Shown here: positions 57,281 through 64,000 of the stretch, piece by piece
How the letters are laid out: every line of letters starts with the position of its first letter
Position numbering within the stretch: the stretch's first letter is position 1
From: a virus
Reading direction: 5' to 3' (one strand)
IMG/VR virus record: IMGVR_UViG_3300031257_000001
Coordinates: 32,001-96,000 of that record
Length of the DNA: 64,000 nt
Program-made: the position numbers and the translations under genes
Notes under the pieces: model-generated
The model's input: the letters and a program-made list of their open reading frames with translations, nothing else
What the model was told of the DNA's origin: nothing
Databases searched by the model: none

Positions 57281-58537
57281 ATGACCGTTGACATGAGCAA
57301 GATGCGACAGTCCTACGAGGATCAGCAGAAGGGTGGCGACATCCTCAACTTCGATCAGGGTGAAACCTTGCTGTACATCCACCCGCCGTGCCGCGGCGCC
57401 GATGACAAATGGGAGCCCACGACCGGGCTGCCTTATGTCCCTGTGACGGTCCACTACAAGGTGGGCAAGGATGGGGCAATGGTCGTGTCCCTGGACCCGG
57501 ACCGCAACTCTATCATTGAGCACCCGTTCGTGAAGCGGTTCCTCAAGAAGCGCAAGATGAAGCTCACTGGTTCGTGCCCGGTCGCTGCTGAGCTGGAATC
57601 GGGCTCGATGTCGGATGACGAGGCGGACGAAAGCCGGGCACAGACCAAGTACCTGTGGGGAATGACTCCGCTTAAGTTCCGCGCCTCCAGTCGTGAGGAG
57701 TGGCACAAGATCACCCCCAAGCCTTCCGTCGCAATGGTCGGCAAACAGATCTATGACGGCATTATGGAGGCGTTCTTCGACAACGGAGACATCACCGACA
57801 TGGACGGCGCCATTCTGGTCCGCGTCATCCGCAAGGGCAAGGACCGCACCACCAAGTATGAGGTGAAGGTGGACCCGTCCAGCCTCAAGAAGCCATTCAA
57901 GCTTCCCGCCAAGCTCCGGGCGGCCATCGTCAAGGCCATTGAAGAGGAAGGCGACTGCGACCTGTTCCAGCTCACGTCCAACCTCATGAAGTCGCCGGCC
58001 GATGTGGAGGCACTGCTCAGCGGCGTCAAGTCATCTTCCGACCCGGACGATGACGATGACGAGGCCGATGACGATGAGCCGGAACCCCGCCGGAAGGCGA
58101 GCAAGAAGCGGAAGCCCGAGCCCAAGCCCGAGGATGACGAGGGTGATGACGCCCTCGATGACGAGGATGACGAGCCGCCACCCAAGAAGGCTGCCAAGAA
58201 GCCCGAGCCCGAGGAAGAGGATGATGACGACCTCGATGACCTCGATGACGATGACGAGGATGACGAGCCGCCACCCAAGAAGTCCTCCAAGAAGACATCC
58301 AAGAAGGCCGCCAAGAAGGTGGAGCCAGAGCCCGAGGATGATGACGAGGATGACGAGGAAGATGAGCCCCCGCCACCCAAGAAGTCCTCCAAGAAGGCGG
58401 AGCCCGAGGAGGATGACGAGGACGATCTGGGCCTCGATGACCTGGAAGCCGCTCTGGATGAGTTGGATGAGGAAGAACAGAAGGCTCCACCCAAGAAGAA
58501 AGCCTCCAAGAAGGCTGGCAAGAAGCGAGCGACGTGA
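57281..58537 (+). CDS. Single-stranded DNA-binding protein (gp32-like) with long acidic/Lys tail
   Basis: VHY...CPV, GKQIY, DITD..G..V...RKGK...TKY.V; acidic C-terminus with DDEPPPKK repeats. Confidence 0.7.
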   Translation: MTVDMSKMRQSYEDQQKGGDILNFDQGETLLYIHPPCRGADDKWEPTTGLPYVPVTVHYKVGKDGAMVVSLDPDRNSIIEHPFVKRFLKKRKMKLTGSCPVAAELESGSMSDDEADESRAQTKYLWGMTPLKFRASSREEWHKITPKPSVAMVGKQIYDGIMEAFFDNGDITDMDGAILVRVIRKGKDRTTKYEVKVDPSSLKKPFKLPAKLRAAIVKAIEEEGDCDLFQLTSNLMKSPADVEALLSGVKSSSDPDDDDDEADDDEPEPRRKASKKRKPEPKPEDDEGDDALDDEDDEPPPKKAAKKPEPEEEDDDDLDDLDDDDEDDEPPPKKSSKKTSKKAAKKVEPEPEDDDEDDEEDEPPPPKKSSKKAEPEEDDEDDLGLDDLEAALDELDEEEQKAPPKKKASKKAGKKRAT

Positions 58538-59097
58538 GCCGTGCCGCGCGACATAGCTCCACGACAGCGGAGCATCTGACCCCGTTGTACGTCGTGGACG
58601 CTGCTAGGGAGGCGTTGGGTGGTGTCATCGATGTGGACCCAGCGACCACCTTGAGGGCGAACCGGGACATTGGAGCCCGGTTCACCTTCACGCGCGACGA
58701 AAGCGGCATGAAGAACCGTTGGCCCGGCCACGTGTTCTTGAACCCGCCTGGAGGGACAGTCCAGACACGGCTGACCAAATCCAGTTCGGTCCTGTGGTGG
58801 GCGAAGCTGATGTTGGAGTGGACCAGAGGGCGGACGACCGCCGGCGTGTTCATCTGCTTCAGCGTGGAGATACTCCAAGCGGCACAGAAGGTTCGGCAGG
58901 TTCCGCAGCCGTTGGACTTCCCGTTGTGTGTCCCGGATCACCGCATCCCGTTCGACACGCTCGACAGTCGCGGCCGGCGCGTGTCACAGAAGGATCCGAC
59001 GCACGCCAACGTCATCATCTACCTGCCATCAAGAGATGATCCAGGGGCCCTCCGGTTCCGCCGCGCATTCAAGGACATTGGGAGAGTGAGAACGTGA
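58534..59097 (+). CDS. Phage N6-adenine DNA methyltransferase (Dam-like, NPPG variant)
   Basis: TP......R..LG..ID.DPA, G....W.G.VFLNPPG and RI.F motifs. Confidence 0.8.
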   Translation: MSRAARHSSTTAEHLTPLYVVDAAREALGGVIDVDPATTLRANRDIGARFTFTRDESGMKNRWPGHVFLNPPGGTVQTRLTKSSSVLWWAKLMLEWTRGRTTAGVFICFSVEILQAAQKVRQVPQPLDFPLCVPDHRIPFDTLDSRGRRVSQKDPTHANVIIYLPSRDDPGALRFRRAFKDIGRVRT

Positions 59098-61004
59098 CGA
59101 CCAGGCCCAAAAAGGCGATGAGGAAAACAACCAAGAAGCCGAAGCCGAAGCCAAAGCCCGAGCCGCCCGGGCGCAGCCTGGAAGTTGAGGTGCTCGAAGG
59201 GATCCGCTCTGAGATTGGAGATGACGGGGCGCAATTGCTCGGGAGCGATGAGTTGAAGACCAAGATCAGGGGCGTCATCTCGACCCGCTGTATGACGCTG
59301 GACGCTGCCATCGGCCGCGGAGGGATCCCGTTGTCACGCCTGACCATCCTCCACGGCGGCGAGGGGTGCATTGCATCAGGTGCGTTCATTCCAACAAATA
59401 GGGCCGGTAAAGGTGAATCATTCAAGATTGAACATTTGGTTAAAATGTTCAACGGCGGAGTGTCGGGCGGCAAACGTTGGGATCGATCCATACCAACGAT
59501 GGTTAGGGTCATGCAACCTGACGGGACGATCAGGTTGGCGCGCTTGAAGCGCGCTTGGAGTTCCGGGAAGCGGGTTGTGTTTGAAGTGGCTACTTCTGCT
59601 GGCAGAAAACTAACAGCCACAGCCAATCATCCGTTTTGGTCATACGTTGCCAATGATTGGGTGCGTTTGGATGCGTTGTCAATTGGCGAATGTGTGGCAG
59701 TCGAGGATGGACGACCAGCGAAAAGGAAAACACTATCAGTGAGACTGCGGGACAAATATGTCAAATTGAAGAACCACCCGTATGCATGTGCAAGGAACAG
59801 CGATTCCATTGTTGCTTACCACCGTTTGGTGTACGAGGCACATGTCAATGGGGTGGACGTCAACAAATTCATAGCGCAAATTCGTAGTGGCAATCTGTCT
59901 GGGTGTGTGTTTTTTGATCCATCTGTGTTTGTTGTTCACCACAAGAATGGCGACCATTCTGACAACACAGTTGGCAATCTGGAATTGCTAACTCATTTTG
60001 CACACAGGATAAGGCACATTCCAGATTGGGCAAAAAACATCGAAGTCCATGCCAAGCCGGAAAGAATTGTGGCTGTTCGTGAGTGTGGTGCGATGGAAAC
60101 ATATGATCTTGAAATCGATCTGGACGAACCGAATGGGCAACCGAATTTTGTTGCTAATGGGTTCGTGGTACACAACTCGGGCAAGACCACAGTGGCGCTC
60201 CACCTCGTTGCTGAAGTACAGGCACAGGGCGGCGTGGCCGTGTACATCGACAAGGAGTACAAGCTGGATCCGGACTATGCCACTGCCATCGGCGTGGACA
60301 TCAATCGGCTGATCATCAGCCAGCCGCGTTCCCTGGAGCAGGTCCTTGGGGCCATCAAGAAGGCCATTGCCATCGCGGCAGCAGCCCGCCGGCGAACGGG
60401 GAAGCGTGTCCCCATCCTCGTCATCCTGGACTCCATCAACGCGGCCACGGCAAAGGCACGCTTGGAAGGTGACGAGGGCGCCAGCCACATCGCGCCGGAA
60501 GCGCGACTTTGGTCAGGGCACCTCCCGGCCATCATTGAAGAGTGCTCCAAAGAGGATGTGGCATTGGTCCTTGTCAGCCAGGTTCGCTCCAAGATCGGCG
60601 TGATGTTCGGGAGCAACGAGGACATGGCCGGCGGGAATGCTCCGCGATTCTACGCCAGCCTGATCGTCTACATCAAGCGGGTTGGAACCCACAAGCGCGA
60701 CGGCGAGAAGAAAGCCAACATCATCGAGGCCGAGTGCAAGAAGAATCAGATCGGGCCGCCCTTCCGCAAGGGAAAGTTCCTGTTGGAATATGGCAAGGGA
60801 ATCGACTGGGAGCACTCGCTGATCCTCCAGGCGGAGGCGACTGGCGACGTCCAAACCAAGGGCTCGTGGTTGAACTTTGATGGCGAGCGGATTGGCCAAG
60901 GACGCGACGCTGCCGCAGACAATCTGCGCAAGAACAAGAGCTGGGCAGAAGACATCGAACGGGCCGTCAGGGTCTCATTGGGATGGGATGAAGAAGCAGC
61001 ATGA
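59094..61004 (+). CDS. recA: RecA recombinase with intein
   Basis: LD.AIG.GG.P..R, GGEG|SGKTT, YID.E..LDP.YA, SQ.R.KIGVMFG, GG.A..FYAS, KN...PPF. Confidence 0.95.
   Translation: MTTRPKKAMRKTTKKPKPKPKPEPPGRSLEVEVLEGIRSEIGDDGAQLLGSDELKTKIRGVISTRCMTLDAAIGRGGIPLSRLTILHGGEGCIASGAFIPTNRAGKGESFKIEHLVKMFNGGVSGGKRWDRSIPTMVRVMQPDGTIRLARLKRAWSSGKRVVFEVATSAGRKLTATANHPFWSYVANDWVRLDALSIGECVAVEDGRPAKRKTLSVRLRDKYVKLKNHPYACARNSDSIVAYHRLVYEAHVNGVDVNKFIAQIRSGNLSGCVFFDPSVFVVHHKNGDHSDNTVGNLELLTHFAHRIRHIPDWAKNIEVHAKPERIVAVRECGAMETYDLEIDLDEPNGQPNFVANGFVVHNSGKTTVALHLVAEVQAQGGVAVYIDKEYKLDPDYATAIGVDINRLIISQPRSLEQVLGAIKKAIAIAAAARRRTGKRVPILVILDSINAATAKARLEGDEGASHIAPEARLWSGHLPAIIEECSKEDVALVLVSQVRSKIGVMFGSNEDMAGGNAPRFYASLIVYIKRVGTHKRDGEKKANIIEAECKKNQIGPPFRKGKFLLEYGKGIDWEHSLILQAEATGDVQTKGSWLNFDGERIGQGRDAAADNLRKNKSWAEDIERAVRVSLGWDEEAA
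59367..60176 (+). mobile_element. RecA P-loop intein (270 aa) with HNH endonuclease
   Basis: CIASGA...TANH...YHRLV...VHHKNGD.SDN...NLE...TYDLE...VHN|S; lower GC. Confidence 0.93.
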
Positions 61005-62127
61005 CAGATTCCGGGCGTTGTTGACAGCTGATTTGCACATGTCCAACACGCTCCCGCATTCGCGGCCGGCGACGGACGATGGCATTACCGACCGACTACT
61101 GGATCAGCAAAAGCTCTGGACGGAGATCCACGCCAGTGCTGAAGAGCACGAGGTGGACGCCACATTTGTCTTGGGCGACCTGTTTGACAGTAGCCTCGTG
61201 GACCCCGCCACGCTCATCGTCACATCGGAAGCGTTGAAGGCCACCCCGGTCCCCATGTACATCTTGCCTGGGAACCACGAGGCGAACGGCGAGCTGTTCA
61301 TCAGCGGAGCATTCGCGCATCTGGGCGCTGACAAGATCATCTACTTGGGTGGGGCCGACCCGAAGGGATACCAGATCAGCGATTGGCTCCGGTTCTGGCC
61401 GATGGACTACAGCACGCCGGAGCGCTTGATGAAGCGTATCACTGATGCGATGGACTACATGGCATTCGGTCGGAAGCCGGCGGAGGTGGCGTTGCTACAC
61501 CACAGCATCGTCGGTTGCTCGCACTTCGGTTGGACGTGTGACGATGGCGTCCTGGCTGATGACGTGTGCGAACCGTTCGACTGGGTGTTCACGGGGCACT
61601 TCCACGAGCACCAAGCGTTCGGGCCCGAGGAGAAGGGCATGTACCTCGGAGCGCCGATGCACCACCGGTTCGATGACGTCGGGCGCTCCGCCGGCTGGTG
61701 GATCATGGATTGGAAGCACCGATCGGGGAAGGTGTCGTTGGACGCCAAGTTCATCCCGTCCAGCGCTCCGCGCTTCCACGCTGTGAAGTGGAGCGGGAAG
61801 TCAAGCCTGAAGGGGGTCAAGGCGAAGCCTGGCGACTATGTGCGGCTGATTGTGGAGGCGACGCACGCGGAGTGGACCAAGCTCAAGCCGGGCGTGAGCG
61901 CGGCCGTCGGGCGACTCCGCGAGGCCGGTGTGCGTGCTTCGTGGAAGCACAAGCCTGAGTACCATCACGGCCGCCGGCTGAAGGGGAAGGCAACCAGGGT
62001 TGGATCTGTTGACTTCATCGATGCCATCGATGCCTACCTGGGGGCGCCCGACGTGGACACCTCCGGGTTGAGTCTCAAGAAGCTCAGGAGGCTGGGACGC
62101 GAGTTGTTGGAGGAAGCTGGTGATTGA
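60988..62127 (+). CDS. sbcD: SbcD/Mre11-like metallophosphoesterase nuclease
   Basis: ADLH, LGDLFD, PGNHE and GHFH motifs. Confidence 0.88.
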   Translation: MKKQHDRFRALLTADLHMSNTLPHSRPATDDGITDRLLDQQKLWTEIHASAEEHEVDATFVLGDLFDSSLVDPATLIVTSEALKATPVPMYILPGNHEANGELFISGAFAHLGADKIIYLGGADPKGYQISDWLRFWPMDYSTPERLMKRITDAMDYMAFGRKPAEVALLHHSIVGCSHFGWTCDDGVLADDVCEPFDWVFTGHFHEHQAFGPEEKGMYLGAPMHHRFDDVGRSAGWWIMDWKHRSGKVSLDAKFIPSSAPRFHAVKWSGKSSLKGVKAKPGDYVRLIVEATHAEWTKLKPGVSAAVGRLREAGVRASWKHKPEYHHGRRLKGKATRVGSVDFIDAIDAYLGAPDVDTSGLSLKKLRRLGRELLEEAGD

Positions 62128-64000
62128 GTCCGTTGAGGCAGAGGACTTCTGTTGCTTCGAGCACATGAAGCTTGGCCTGTCCGATCGTGGCTTGGTGTGG
62201 CTTGGCGGAGTCAACCACGACTCCGAGGCAGCCGACTCCAACGGCTCCGGGAAGTCCACGGTGTTCAAGGCTCTGGGCTGGGGTTTGTTCGGCGAGACCA
62301 TCGACAAGGACAATGGCGATGGCGTCATCCGCGACGGCGCCAAGTGTGCTACGGTCTGCGTGGGGCTCGCCGGCGGTTGGACCGTCGTGCGCACCCGTCG
62401 CAAGGCACAGCCTCGCATCAAGCTCCTGCGTCCGGGTGGCAAGGAATTCAGCGGCGGGAAGGGCGAGATCCAGGAGCACATCACCGAGCTGGTCGGTATG
62501 GATTGGGACACATTCAGAAACACAATCCTGTATGGGCAGGGCGACCACAAGCGCTTCTTGGCTTCCAAGGACGGCGACCGCAAGGACATCCTCCACAAGA
62601 TTCTCCGAACGCGACGGTTCGCCAGCGCTCACGCAATCACCGCGGAGCGGAACCGCGTTGCCAAGCGCAAGTCTGCCGCGCACTTGGAGAAAGTCAGAAC
62701 GCTAACCGCCCGGATTGAAGAGCACGATCTGGACGATCTGAAGTCGCGAATCGACTCATGGGAGGAAGCTCGCCAGGAGCGCGTGAGGCGTGCCAAGCAG
62801 AAGGCACGCGAGCAGACCGCAGAGGCCAAGCGGATTGCCAGCGAGGCGCCTGACACATCCTCGCTGGAGACCCGCCTGTCCACGGCCACAACCCAGCACG
62901 ACGCTGCCAAGAGGCTGGCAGACCAGGTTGAGGCGTTGGGTCGTGACCTCGATGCTGCTCGCGAGGCATTGGGCGATGATCGGGCGGCCCATCATGTTGA
63001 ACGGTCCAAGTTGGAAGCGGCGAGGGCCGCGCTGGCGAAGCTGGAAGGCGCCGAACGGTGCCCAGTGTGTAACAGCAAATTGGCGGAGGGCGACGCTGCG
63101 AGACACGTGGGCGAGATTGAATCCACCCGAGATGTGCTGGTGGCGAGCGCCAACGCACTCGCCGGGAGCGTTCGTGAGAGCGAGCTCAAGGCAGCAGGCA
63201 TTGAAGAGCGGTATGACGAAGCCAAGCGCGCCGAACGGGAGATGTCACGCCTGGGCATCCTCAAGGTGCGGCTGAAGGCGGAGCTTGAGACCGCCAAGGC
63301 GACAGCGAAGTTGTCAAAGGCAGCCCGCGATGAGGCCAGGGCCGCGTTGGAGTCAGCTCGGGAGATAGCGGGCGAAGACAATCCATACAGCGAGCACCAC
63401 GCGCGTGCCAAGGCCAAGGTTGACAAGTTCACGGCCCAGAAGGCTGATGAGCAGGGGAAGGCCGACGACATCGAGTGCGACCGCGCCCATTTGGAGTTCT
63501 GGGTCCGTGGATTCGGGCCCGCCGGGCTCCCCAGCTTCGTTCTGGATGTGGTGATGCCGATGCTCACAGAGCGCGCCAACCACTACCTCGATGCGCTCGC
63601 TGACGGCGACATCGCCATGATGTTCTCCACGCAGCGTGAGCTCAAGAGCGCGGCCGGCGAGTACAGGGATGAGATCAGCGTCACCTGGGAGATTGAAGGC
63701 GCCTCCGGGCATCCGCCCTCCGGAGGACAGTCCAAGAAAATGGAGATTGCCACCGACCTGGCGTTGATGGATCTGGCCGCCGGCGAGTCACGCCCGGACC
63801 TCCTGCTGCTGGATGAAGTTTTCGACGGCTTGGACGCAGAAGGCCGGACGCGAGTTGCCAAGCTGCTTCACAACTTGCGGAGTGTCCGTCGCACAATATT
63901 TGTCGTTAGCCATGACATTGGCGTTAGGGAACTTTTTGAGCGTTCCGTGGTCGCGGTGAAGCATGGTGGCGTTTCCATGTTGGTTGACGAGACCAGCAGT
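62120..64000 (+). CDS. sbcC: SbcC/Rad50-like SMC ATPase (runs off window end; absent from ORF track)
   Basis: GTG at 62120; SNGSGKST Walker A, YGQG, CPVC zinc hook, PSGGQ signature, LLLLDEVFDGLD, VSHD. Confidence 0.9.
   Translation, partial: MIESVEAEDFCCFEHMKLGLSDRGLVWLGGVNHDSEAADSNGSGKSTVFKALGWGLFGETIDKDNGDGVIRDGAKCATVCVGLAGGWTVVRTRRKAQPRIKLLRPGGKEFSGGKGEIQEHITELVGMDWDTFRNTILYGQGDHKRFLASKDGDRKDILHKILRTRRFASAHAITAERNRVAKRKSAAHLEKVRTLTARIEEHDLDDLKSRIDSWEEARQERVRRAKQKAREQTAEAKRIASEAPDTSSLETRLSTATTQHDAAKRLADQVEALGRDLDAAREALGDDRAAHHVERSKLEAARAALAKLEGAERCPVCNSKLAEGDAARHVGEIESTRDVLVASANALAGSVRESELKAAGIEERYDEAKRAEREMSRLGILKVRLKAELETAKATAKLSKAARDEARAALESAREIAGEDNPYSEHHARAKAKVDKFTAQKADEQGKADDIECDRAHLEFWVRGFGPAGLPSFVLDVVMPMLTERANHYLDALADGDIAMMFSTQRELKSAAGEYRDEISVTWEIEGASGHPPSGGQSKKMEIATDLALMDLAAGESRPDLLLLDEVFDGLDAEGRTRVAKLLHNLRSVRRTIFVVSHDIGVRELFERSVVAVKHGGVSMLVDETSS

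Noticed and set aside
62152-63275. Short + strand ORFs in the track near the window end
   Set aside because: Off-frame to the real sbcC ORF starting at 62120, which the track omitted because it has no stop in the window.

Overview
A 64-kb, GC-rich segment of a large contractile-tailed (myovirus-like) bacteriophage or prophage. Essentially all genes are on the + strand. 1-9.2 kb: head decoration/fibre, glycosyltransferase and head-tail genes. 9.2-30.5 kb: neck, sheath, tube, frameshifted tail chaperone, tape measure, baseplate and tail fibre. 30.5-32.4 kb: an atypical lysis-position cassette (membrane/lipoproteins plus a papain-like protease). 32.4-64 kb: replication and recombination genes (SF2 helicase, initiator with internal iterons, DnaC, DnaB, primase, MoxR/vWA, sigma factor, DnaE, HU, UvsY-like, SSB, adenine methylase, RecA, SbcD, partial SbcC). 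There are five inteins. Most notable: (i) a compact nucleotide-metabolism operon directly upstream of dnaE (FAD oxidoreductase, MazG-HAD fusion, class III aminotransferase, deviant ThyX, dNMP kinase), preceded by a three-way-junction RNA-like leader, which is a candidate new base-modification pathway; (ii) a helicase intein that carries a complete Vsr/DUF559-type endonuclease gene in the +1 reading frame; (iii) three inteins packed around 18 extein residues of DnaE, one starting with Thr. All functional calls come from motif recognition by eye; no database searches were run.
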